64,000 bases of DNA, from assembly GCA_028534125.1 (NCBI GenBank), contig CM052817.1, positions 22,074,001 through 22,138,000 of the forward strand, in the 5' to 3' direction. Within the stretch, counting starts at the first letter, position 1; the number at the start of each line of letters is the position of its first letter. Position numbers and translations under genes: made by a program. Of the stretch, positions 39,520 through 50,500 are shown piece by piece. Below the pieces are notes generated by a model. It was given only the letters and a program-made list of their open reading frames with translations, searched no databases and was not told the origin of the DNA. The DNA is from Lama glama. Lineage: Eukaryota.

Positions 39520-39615
39520 TCAGTGTGACACCAGGATAAAAATAGGAACCAGATTTAGGTTTAAGTACTGGCTTGCTATTAACTAGTTTATTATCCTTAA
39601 CTAGTTCTTTATCTG
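39520..39615 (+). mobile_element. MIR 5' fragment
   Basis: ggaaccagatttaggtttaagtactggcttgctattaactagt. Confidence 0.5.
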
Positions 39616-39664
39616 TTGTGGACAACTAATTGATTCAGTCTACTCATGTAGTCACTGAAAATGT

Positions 39665-40187
39665 ATGTGATCCTGTTAATCAAGTCATGTCACCCCTGCT
39701 CGATTCTCTCGAATCCACCTGCTCTCCTCTTGCAAACTCTGCTGCAGCCTCAGTGGCCTCACTGCTAATCTAGGTTACACCAGACATATCCACAGCCATG
39801 GCCATTGATTGCACACAGTTGCTCTACTCAGTGTGTCTGGAATACTCCACCCTTCCCCACCACAAATGTTTTCTTGACTTGTTCACTCCTCTTTTTTAGA
39901 TCTTTACTCAAACATCACTTTCTCAGGGAGGCCTTACTTATGACCCTAATTTTAATTGAACTCCTCTTCTTCCAACACTCCTTATGCTCCTTCCTGTGTG
40001 TGTTTCTCCTTAGTATTTCTTATTATTTAATATGTTCTTTCATTCTTCCTGCCTACCTGTCCCCAAGAACTTAAGGTCCATGATGCTAGACTATTTTTTT
40101 CTGTTTTATTGACTGTTGGATCCCCCTAATATGGTGCAGTTCCTGGCACAGAGTAGACATTCACTAGATATTTGTTGAACACATGAA
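39665..40187 (+). mobile_element. L2a-like 3' end
   Basis: tcatgtcacccctgctc...ctcaaacatcactttctcagggaggcct...cctggcacagagtagacattcactagatatttgttgaac. Confidence 0.88.
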
Positions 40188-40669
40188 ATTCCTGTGTACC
40201 CACAACATGTTAGGTCTGATTACAGTTAATGAGCATCAGCAAATCATCACTAGAAAAGTGTATATTTATATATATTTTTTTCTACTGCCAGCGTGATGAA
40301 GAAGGATGACCTAACATAGTCTCTTGAGGTAGCCCAGTGAAATGCTTGATGGAGCTGCTAGGTGGAAATCTAGCTTCATATTTTGTATAAATAAATAAAA
40401 CTGAACCTAAATCCATCTATATCTATTTTTTCTAACATTTAGGGCCACTGAAGATAAGTACATATCAACAGATTCATATGACCTCAACTTCTTCAGTTGA
40501 CAGTCATCTGTGCCTAGATTCCAGGATGGGGAGAGAATTCTTTAAGTTGGAGAGGTGGGAGAGAATGATAGGTGTTATGGAAGCCTGCCGACTGAACTGC
40601 CCTCTCTTACCTTATATTGCTAGGGAAGGCTGAGGCACACTTGGTGTAAAAGTTAAAATATTGGCTGTC

Positions 40670-41085
40670 CAAGACAGAGAAAACATAAACAAACACATGC
40701 TGAATAAACATGGTAAATGCAGGTTTATATGTTCTATGAAGATGATAAATCCAGGGTAATCGGAGAGTAAAGGAGAGAATATTTTAGGTATACACTAAGA
40801 TCCTTTTTAGCTATAGTCTTATGCTCTTCATGTGGAATAGAAAAGAGGTCCATTTGGCTTTAACACAAGATAAAGGGGATGAGTCACAGGAGAGAAGTCA
40901 GGTTAAAGAGAATTAGAATTTATAGCCACTCATAGCTTTATTATGAGTCATTGTAAAGTTTCGTGCAACAGAATGTTTTCCTCAATTTTATAGGAACCGC
41001 TTGGGCTGCTGAGAATACACTGCAGAGAGGTCAATACAGAAGTACCTCTCAGGGGCTATGATCAGAGTAAATCTGACCCAGGTTA
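40670..41085 (-). mobile_element. L2 fragment
   Basis: agacagagaaaacataaac...ttctatgaagatgataaa...gggctgctgagaatacactgcagagagg. Confidence 0.6.
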
Positions 41086-41759
41086 CTGCCTTTCTAAGAT
41101 TTCTAAATTCTTTACAATAGGTGTTATTTTTGTCATAAGAAACAAGTAATTTATTGAAAAAATATATTTTAATATTTAGCTGTTCCTACCACCAAGATGT
41201 CACGTCTGTCTCATGCTTTTATTGCCTTGAACTTGGTTTACACTGAGAAAAAGCAATCTATTTATTGGTGAACTAAACCATGCATTGACTAACAGGGTGT
41301 CTTCTATACAATGTTCTGATCAAATGCTATAAAAACAAGAAATACTAACTTCCGTAAAATATTTGTTTATTTGAAGTCATTTAACCTTGGTGTTTTTCCT
41401 TGAAAAGCTTTATAAATATTTAAGTGAGTCTAACTTGCTTAGAAAGCTCTGGCTGCAGCTAGTATTTAAAATTAGAACACTGTCACAGAAGACCCATTAA
41501 CACCATTTAAATTTGGTAAGAAATGGACCCTAGACTATGCAGAAGTCAAAAAAACTGACCACCAAGATTAATGATCTGGCATTATGAGCATCGTGAGAAC
41601 ACTGATGGAAGGAAAAGACTGTGTTCTTTAGACATTTTGAAAGAAAATACCTTTAAGTATATTGCAGAGTTTCAGGGTATCTTGATTATTGTTTTGGTTT
41701 TGTATGTTTTTCATTTTTAATAATTTACAGATGAGAATGTAATAGTTTAATCATTTACT

Positions 41760-41897
41760 GATAGGAGGAATGGGTTTCCAATTGCATTTCTATTTTTATT
41801 AGCTATGAGTTTTTGAACAGATTATGTGTGGTCTCCTATTTTCACAGTCCTCATTCATTAAATGAGTAAATAATAGTTCTTAGCTCTATCTCATATA
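41760..41897 (+). mobile_element. MIR 5'/core part (tail possibly at about 42930-43000)
   Basis: tattagctatgagtttttgaacag...cagtcctcattcattaaatgagtaaataatagt. Confidence 0.6.
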
Positions 41898-41899
41898 TG

Positions 41900-42053
41900 T
41901 TTTTCTTTTTATTCAAACATCTTTATTGTGGTACAATTCCTGTACAGTAAACTATACCTATTTAAGACATACAATTTGATGAATTTTGACAGATCTATAC
42001 ACCAGTGAAATCACCACCACAATCAAGATAGCTAACATTTCCATCTCTCCCCA
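41900..42053 (-). mobile_element. L1MB-like 3' terminus
   Basis: ctttattgtggtacaatt...tacaatttgatgaattttgacaga...accaccacaatcaagatagctaacatttccatc. Confidence 0.8.
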
Positions 42054-42079
42054 GGAGGTGCAATATTTTGAATTTCTAC

Positions 42080-42928
42080 TTTATCCTTTCCCACCCCTCT
42101 TAACCCTGGTAAACATAAGTTTGTTCTCTATGTCTCTGAGTCTGTTTCTGTTTTGTAGATAAGTTCATTTGTGTCCTTTTCTTTAGATTCCACATATAAG
42201 TGATACCATATGGTATTTTTTTTCTCTTTCTGGCTTACTTCACTTAGAATGACAGTCACCAGATCCATGCTGCAAATGGCATTATTTTATTATTTTTTAT
42301 GGCTGAGTAGTATTCCACTGTGTGTGTGTGTGTATACATACATACATACATACATACATACATACATACATACATACCACATCTTCTTTATCTGGTAATC
42401 TGTTGATGGACATTTGGGTTGTTTCTGTCCTGGCTATTGTAATTAGTGCTGTTGTGAACACTGGGGTGCATGTGTCTTTTTGAATTATATTTTCCTCTGG
42501 ATATATGCCCAAGAGTGGGATTGCTGGATCATATAATAAGTTTATTTTTAGTTTTTTAAGGAAACTCCATATTGTTCTTCATAGTACCTTCACCAATTTA
42601 CATTCCCACCAGCAGTGCAGGAAGGTTCCTTTTTCTCCACACCCTCTCCAGTGTTTATCTTTTGTGGACTTTTTAATGATGGCCATTCTGATTGGTGTGA
42701 GGTGATACCTCACTGTAGTTTTGATTTGCATTTCTCTAACAATTAGTGATATTGAGCATCTTTTCCTGTTGGCCATCTGGATGTCTTCTTTGGAGAGATG
42801 TCTATTTAGGTCTTCTGCCTATTTTTTTGACTGGGTTGCTTTTTTATTATGTTAAGCTGTATGAGCTGTTTGAATATTTTGGAGATTAGTCCCTTATCAA
42901 TGGCATCATTTGCAAATATTTTCTCCTA
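42080..42928 (-). mobile_element. L1 ORF2 C-terminus plus partial 3' UTR (same class as 35430-36378)
   Basis: The ORF at 42579-42776 encodes [44 protein letters not shown]. Colinear with 35700-36378. Confidence 0.95.
42319..42377. repeat. (TG)7 plus (TACA)~10 compound microsatellite
   Basis: Directly visible. Confidence 0.95.
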
Positions 42929-42991
42929 ATGTCCATGAAATGTGCTAATTCTTGTATAGTTATTTGCATTACATCTGGAATAAAGTGGTTT

Positions 42992-43045
42992 TATTACTAC
43001 TATTATATTATTATTATCATCATCATCATCATCATTATTATTATT
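42992..43045. repeat. (ATT)n/(ATC)n trinucleotide repeat
   Basis: Directly visible. Confidence 0.9.
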
Positions 43046-44896
43046 TCCTATTTCCTGTAGTTTTCCTGTATTGGAAAAACAAATGTACTATTTGAGACCT
43101 CTGTAAATAGACTAGGAATCAATAGTGAAGTAGTTTTCAGGCTCAGAGAAACCAAAAAGACCGATCGTTTTCTTCTCTTTGAAAAAAAAGTCTTTAATGT
43201 TGAAATATATGTTAAATATATATCGATACCAAAGTTTCAAATAAGACTTACTGAATATAAGGACAAGATCTTTCTAAACTACAAAGTTCTTTGTAAATAT
43301 GAGAGATCAATACTGATGTTACCAGGCTCTTGTACAAGCATTGCAGTTAGTATTCAAGTTAGCAGACATCTTCTGCAGTATAATAAAGGGCTTTAGAAGT
43401 TAGTTTCCTCCCCTGAAAAGCATATATTTTATTTCCTAGGAGTAATTTATAAACTTGCAAAAACAACTTGAATTTGTATTATCAATCATTTTTAGAGAAA
43501 GATCCATTTTAAGAGAGCTTTTTAATATAATAATCTCACAATGTATGGCTAACTTGAAATGGTATTTCATCTAATTATGAGTTCATATTTTAATTTTATT
43601 AAATTTTGTATTGCCTACAATTTTTATTTTTTTCTAAATATACCTTTTCATGAACAAACATCTGCACATAGTTAGAAATCAGTTTTAACTTAGAATTCAT
43701 GGTGGAGGAATATATTGGAGGAAAAAATGTGAGAGTCTACTTGCCAACTCAAAGTAATATGAACATTGGTGCAGTGAATATAAATTAACTCTGCAGGGAA
43801 GGTTTTCTGACAGTAGTGCTTATATGACTCATACTATCTCTTGATCCATGAAATGTATTGCACACCATCAATTTGCTACTTGAGTTGTCCTAAGGGGGAA
43901 AGGTTGTCATTCACTCACCGAAGTAAATTAAGGGCATGATAAATCATTTTATTGGCTGCATTATCAATATTTCATTATTCATGCAAATAGGAACATAGTT
44001 GTATACCATTTTTACGATAAAATACTGTTTAATATTTATATGGTCCATTTTACTAAAGATCTTAAAAAGACTAAGGAGATCCTATATCTTTGTCATATTT
44101 TGCACTTAAAATTGTGATGGGTAACTGAGATTTAATTATCTTTGTAACTGGCGCTGGTCAGACCTTGCAAGAGAAGCAAATCTATTTTAGTCTACTCTGC
44201 CTTCTTCTGCAATGTCATGAGTTGTTCATGATTCTGGTCTCTCAGACTAAGGCTAATAAAAATACAAAATGACCACGTAGAATCATACTCGACAGTTTAT
44301 GAAGTACTTTCACATCTGTTTGGAGTAGCTCTGACTTTTCAGCCTGGCCTTCATCATGAATTGACCCTGAATGCAAGTTGCCAGGGAAGAGAGCAAGCAG
44401 TTCACCCAATTTTCCTCAGACTGTGTTGAAAGTTACCATAGAAAAATGAACTGAGTACACATAAAACATTTTGAATCACCTAGACTTCAGAATCTATTCA
44501 TCAATGGACTCTAGCAGGTTATATGTAGGAAAAAACTGAATGTAATTATTTTTAGTAACTTAAATTAAATTTTGATTTGGCTGTATTTACAGCAGAACTC
44601 TTTTAAAAATTATTTTTTAAAAAAAGAAAGAAAACAGAACTTTTGCCAACTTGAATTCTTAAGGAACAGTAGTATTCCTTGAGCTGATTGGAAAGACTAA
44701 GGAAATGAGATAATGTGTGAAATTATCCAAGATATCTGGATCAGGTTTCGTTAGAACGCTGTTCATATTTCTATCATTGCCCTCCTGCAATTTTATTGTA
44801 AGTGCAAATTTACTTTCTTCTATAGATTATGTTATATGGCTATTTAATTATATGGCCAACATGTTATTCTTTGTGTTCCTAGAACAATAGAATTTA

Positions 44897-45110
44897 AATG
44901 ATTCATTCACTCGTTTTCTCCCTAACTCCTTCATTCAACAAATACTTGAACATCTGCTATATGTATGAAAAGGCAAATCTTATAGTGTTAGCATTAACTA
45001 AATTTGGATTCAAACTCTAACTCTATAACATAGTCATTTTTGTGACCTTTGGAATATTACATTATCTCAGTAAAACTTAGTTTTGAATATATAAAACAAA
45101 TCACATTCTA
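44897..45110. mobile_element. L2 tail (minus) followed by MIR fragment (plus)
   Basis: ttcattcaacaaatacttgaacatctgctata; tggattcaaactctaactct...tgtgacctttgg. Confidence 0.6.
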
Positions 45111-45233
45111 ACAAATAGTATGTATGACTCAACAGTTGCAAACTAAGTACAGCTAAAATTATGGGTTAAACAGTGTAAGTTTGTAGCAATAAAAATCAAA
45201 TGAGAATTAAAATTAATAAATTGAGGCAATGAT

Positions 45234-45575
45234 CTATCAATCAGTTTTAGTTAAATTAACAGTCCTGAAATCGCATAGAATTATAGCCCTGAAAATTTAA
45301 TTAACTCATATTATGTGTCACTGTGGGAAAGCTGTGGTTTTGCTCCATGTACCTATCCTTCACTCCAGAATCTAGGTTAATGGAGTAAACCCTATCTGAA
45401 ATATTACCAGCTATAATGCATAAGGGGAAAAAACAAATAGGGATAAAAATCAACAGTAGTACTCAAATCTGCTATTTGCTATTTCATTCGTATTTCATTT
45501 ACCAAAACAAGTTAAAATGAGTCTGATTTCAATAAGGCATTGAAATGGGGGGAAATTACAGTCTCCTACAAGAGG
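45234..45575 (-). mobile_element. MLT1I-like MaLR LTR
   Basis: ttgctccatgtacctatccttcactccagaatctaggttaatggagtaaaccctatctgaaatatt...tatttcatttaccaaaacaagt. Confidence 0.7.
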
Positions 45576-48004
45576 TAAGTGATACATGGAAAAAGACAAA
45601 TTCTAGGGAGCCATGATAGTCCAGGCAACCTCTGTGTGAGGTAATATTTATATTAAGTTGCTAAGACTAAAAGTTGTGTGGGGAATAGGGAGAATATCTA
45701 CAAAGGAAATGATAGCTTGGGCCCTCCTGACGATAGGAATTTTTGATTGGATGGTACTAATTTACTGTGGCAGCAATCACCAATGGGAGCTGTCTGAGCT
45801 GCCTAACCTTGACAATTTGCTGAGTAACTGAAATTCAGCAAAGGCATACAGGAGCCTTCTGATTTGGGAAAATCACATCCTGGTTTTAGTTTCACACACT
45901 GGCTATAGTAGAACTTGTCTCTACTACTAAATCCCTCCTCCATTCCTCTTTCCAGATATTATAGGCTCAGAATGCTTTCAAATTTCATCTTTTTTTAATC
46001 TCTTCTTCTTATATTAGGGAGTCTCTAAATATTTTTCCAGTAGTTGCTCTTACAGCCCCAATTTATTCATCTTACCAGGAAGAGACATTCTTTGTGGCAC
46101 AGGGACATAAAGATACCTGAGGGAGCTGGCCTTCAGATTCATACTTAAGTCTAGTGCTAGAGTATCTGGCCCTGCAAGAGTGACTTGTAAACCAATGTCA
46201 TGGGGATAAAATTCTACTCAACTAAAGACGTTTGAGCCAGGAAAGAGCTCATAGCAAACAGAGATTTAGGAAGATAGAATTAGCAATGTTGTCTTAAAAG
46301 AACTGAGGTGGCAGTCTGGAGATTGTGATCTTAATGTTGCATATCTACGAGAGTTAGACTTGTTCTTTGACTTGGTTGTGGCAGCTAAAATTATGATGAA
46401 AAATTCTCAAGGGACTATATTTGCCAAGACTAATTTCTTTCCAGATCAATTGCTACCTGCCACTTTTTTATTTTTCAATCATCATGAGATTAATAGAGGA
46501 CTGAAGATTTTAGAATGAGGTCAGGATCATATTGTTATATTATTATAATACCTAATTTATTCATAAATATTATTACTATCATGTAAATTTATTTTAAATA
46601 TATAAACTATAACTATCTTAAATAAGCAAATTAACAAATAAATCATTATTCATGAGAACTTTAGAAAAAGTTATATAATTCAGAATAAAATATATATAAA
46701 AGATGAATGAAAAATATTAAACCACCTGCTATCAAAGATTTAAGTAGTATTTATGCTTTAAAACATAATTTATGAGTTATATTTCATATAAACTTAAAAA
46801 TGAGATGTTTTATAAAGTCAAATAATTATATAATTAACAGTATCATGCATAAAAACTCAGAGAAATAAAGTTTTTAATTATCTGAAACTTCAGGTATATG
46901 GAGCCTTTGTCATTCTATCAAAAGATTTACCTTAATTTTCTGTTCTCCTCATAGAGCTGTTCTATAGATAAAAACAAATCAGGAAATTCTACATCACACT
47001 TGGAGCACAAAAATGAAGACAATTATTTTCACTTCTTTTCTAAAATACTAAAGGAAGAATAATTATTTCCATTGCCAAAAATGTCAGTAATGAAACTAAG
47101 CATATAATAGTATAAATTTGGAAAAATTCAATGACATAAATTTGTTACCCAGCCAAAAATTATATAGAATTGTAGTCAAACGTACTTATTTTGAAAAGAG
47201 TTCCGGAATGATGAATCTTAATAATATCAATCAGCATGCATTTTCAAAATACAAATCCAACTGCAAGTAAAAATCATAACTTTTTTAAAAGACTGGAACT
47301 ATTTCAATAGATACAAATTTGTTCATGAAAATTTAAACAGGATATTGTTTCAATGAAAAACTGATTTCCTAAGAAGCAGTAATAAGTATTCTCATAAAAT
47401 TATGAACCGCTAACATCATTCCTGGTTTAATTTTTGAAATATGAATATGTTGATTAATTTTGTGAGACACCAAACTTGAATTAATCTTCTAAACATCAAG
47501 AGCTATGCTTAAAGGCCAATCCAGTAATATAGTTCAGCAAATGAAGCTTTGAATTTCAGATTTTGTGTGGACATTTCTCTTTTACTTCTGTGAATATTTT
47601 ATTATCTACTTTATTATGTTAGATATTAGAAAATGTTTTATAATTTTGATTGGCTTGATATATTAATATTTTGTAACTTTGATATAATGGTAAAATTAGT
47701 TGTCCCTTAAAATGTTTTCCAAATACTCTCTTATATTTGATTAGTATGTTATGTATAATATCAATAAATCGGAAGAATTATGCTGAAATAAACTACTATT
47801 GTCATGAAGGTCATAGAATTCAACGTAGATAATGCTGTATTACAGACTTGGCCATCTGTTCTAAATTGTCCTAAGTGAAAGAAAGATTTTAAAAATGTAA
47901 ATCCCTATCTATTTATCTGTCTATCTATCTGGCTGTCATTCATGCAGCCGACTTCTATTTCTGCTTCTGTTTAAGAAACCAGTGAAGTTGTACATATGAT
48001 AATG

Positions 48005-48262
48005 TATGTTACTTATAGTAAAGAGAAACCCGGGGTCAGAATGTCAAAATTTAAATCCCTCCTTAGCTTTTTGACAGCTGTAGGGTTTTGTACAGTCATT
48101 TCAATCACTCTCAGCTTTTGTTTGTTTTTTCAATCTGTAAAATGAGAAAGATACTAAAGCCTTTATTACATTACGATGGAAGATAGATGAGATAATGCAT
48201 TTAAAATGTTTACACAATACATGCCATATTCCTACCATTCAGTAAATGGCAATTATTATAAA
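48005..48262 (+). mobile_element. MIR, near full length
   Basis: gggtcagaatgtc..tttaaatccc...atctgtaaaatgag...agatgagataatgcatttaaaatgttt...cattcagtaaatggcaattatta. Confidence 0.8.
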
Positions 48263-48269
48263 TTAGCAT

Positions 48270-48362
48270 GGTGGCTACCCTGAGAGCATAAGTAGGCCAA
48301 TCAGGATTCAAAACTCAGCCTGCCTGGAGTTTCTAAACCCCATTATCTCTACACTATACGAC
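48270..48362 (-). mobile_element. MIR 5' fragment
   Basis: caggattcaaaactcagcctgcctgg...tctacactatac. Confidence 0.55.
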
Positions 48363-49294
48363 CCTGCCTCTTGATCACAAATACCTCATCAATGAAAGCA
48401 TTGTCTAAAAGAGATTTGCCAAAAGTGGTAATATTAAAATTGAAAATAAAATTAACTAGGCCACAAAATTGAGCAGTTGTCTTCCTAGTAATGGAATTTG
48501 TTACCAAAAGCCCATTTAGTCTGTTTCCTTCGCAGGCAAGCCAGGTGAGTTTGCTAGAGAACAGAAGTTCTGATGAGACAATGTACTGACCCACTTTGTC
48601 TCCCCACAGATGATCCCAGCTGGCAGAGTGTGCACTCATTGTTCAAAGAAGGCCATGTTTTTTGACTTTTTATTATATCTCTCCTAGGAAATAAAAATAT
48701 AAATGTTGTTGTGTTATCTGTAGAGATCAAAAAAAAAGGTGGATCTGATATTTGAAAGAGCCAAATCCCGTGTGAAATTATCCTCACATTAAAATGGAAG
48801 CAATGATTAATAATTGCAAGTATAAACCAGGTGTCTGTCATCATTTTTTATTCTAATCTCATTACAGACACAGGAAACTTTGAAGTATATCTTCAATATA
48901 TAAAACAAGAAATTATGTTTCTTCAATTTACTTGTGTAATACACAGTTCTAAGGAATGTCTTTCAAAGAGAAAGAGTGACAGAATTGAAGAACAGAGACA
49001 GGGAAATAGGCTCCTTATTTTGTTGATGCTGGTCAAATGCTAAAAACACCTGGATTTCAGATACCAGAGAATATGTTGACTTAAACGAAGAAATGAGGCT
49101 AGTTCATACTCACAGGGTTGTTTTGAAGGAAACACTGCCAAGACCATGTACTATTTCAATACCTGTACTTGAGAACTTGACCAAAAACTGAGTAAAAGTT
49201 ACTAGGATTTTACAACTAAACAAAATAATGTTTTCTCATCAGCGATGAGAACCAACATGGTCAATTTTCACAACCTTTTGGTAAGTTCTCAACC

Positions 49295-49405
49295 TACTAT
49301 GATGTAAAGAAAAGAGCGTGGCTTTAGGATCTTTGAGAAGAGGGTCTGCATCTCAGTAACCCATCTGAGTTACTGTAGGTAAGGTATTTAACTCTCTCAT
49401 CTGTC
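49295..49405 (+). mobile_element. MIR fragment
   Basis: gaaaagagcgtggctttagg...taggtaaggtatttaactctcatctgt. Confidence 0.55.
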
Positions 49406-49997
49406 CAGGCATTGAGAGTAAGTAAAGGAGAAAAACAAAGACATGTGGTTTTTAATTATGAAGATTTGTAATTTCAGCACAAATTTGACTTTCAAATGTA
49501 GAGAAAAAGACAAGGGAGAAAGGTATGTCATAAAATGTTCTTGGATCCAGGAAAAGGTGCTCTGTTTATTGTCATGGCTTGTGCTTTAAACCTGCATATT
49601 TATTCTAACTGGGTACAAGTTAACTCTAGTAACTTGAAAGTATTAAATGAGCAAATTTATTGATTCTGCATTTATTCAATTCATTTATATTTAGACTGTA
49701 TAAAAAGGGGGAATATATTACCAACATCAATGCATTTAGAGGGACAATACACAGAAGTGAAGTACACAGATCCATATAAGAGATAATAAAATTAACAAAA
49801 ATTTTGGAGGAAAATCACAAAGAAGGACATAGTGGTTAATATCATCAAGTGAGGGTCCCATTGGGTAAAGCACACAACTGAAACAATGTGCTTTTTAATA
49901 AAACTTATTAAGTCTTTAAGTCATTGATTTTTCAATAAAATACCTTTACTGACCATCATATTTACAGCTCTGCAGACCATATCTGAGTTGGAAAATT

Positions 49998-50450
49998 TAC
50001 CCTGGGCTTTGTCACTGCCCTATACTCAAACCTATGATTACATGGCTTTAGGGAACTTGCATAAGCACACCAATGCTCAATTTCTTTTCTTTTTTTTAAT
50101 ATATAAACTTTTTTTTATTGAGTTATAGTCATTTTACAATGTTGTGTCAAATTCCAGTGTAGAGCACAATTTTTCAGTTATACATGAACATACATACATT
50201 CATTGTCACATTCTCTTTTGCTGTGAGCCACCCCAAGACCCTGTATATATTTCCCTGTGCTACTCAGTACAATCTTGTTTATCTATTCTACATTTTGAAA
50301 TCCCAGTCCCTTCCCACCCCCAATGCTCAATTTCTGTATTGAGAAAATAGGCATAATGATATTTCCTTGCAAGACTGTATAAGCATCAGATGTACCCATG
50401 AAAGGACTACCATCTGTACACATCATGCAAGGGATGTGTTATTAGTGTTT
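49998..50450 (+). mobile_element. Decayed MIR interrupted by a young L1
   Basis: Core caatgctcaatttct|gtattgagaaaataggcataatgata is split by the L1. Confidence 0.55.
50086..50319 (-). mobile_element. Young 5'-truncated L1 3' UTR with perfect TSD
   Basis: T-rich tail, then attgagttatagtcattttacaatgttgtgtcaaattccagtg. Flanked by identical ccaatgctcaatttct at 50070-50085 and 50320-50335. Confidence 0.93.
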
Positions 50451-50453
50451 GTT

Positions 50454-50500
50454 ATGATGATGATGATGATGATGATGATGTTGATGGTGATAACGATGCT
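50454..50500. repeat. (GAT)n trinucleotide repeat, decaying at the 3' end
   Basis: Directly visible. Confidence 0.93.
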
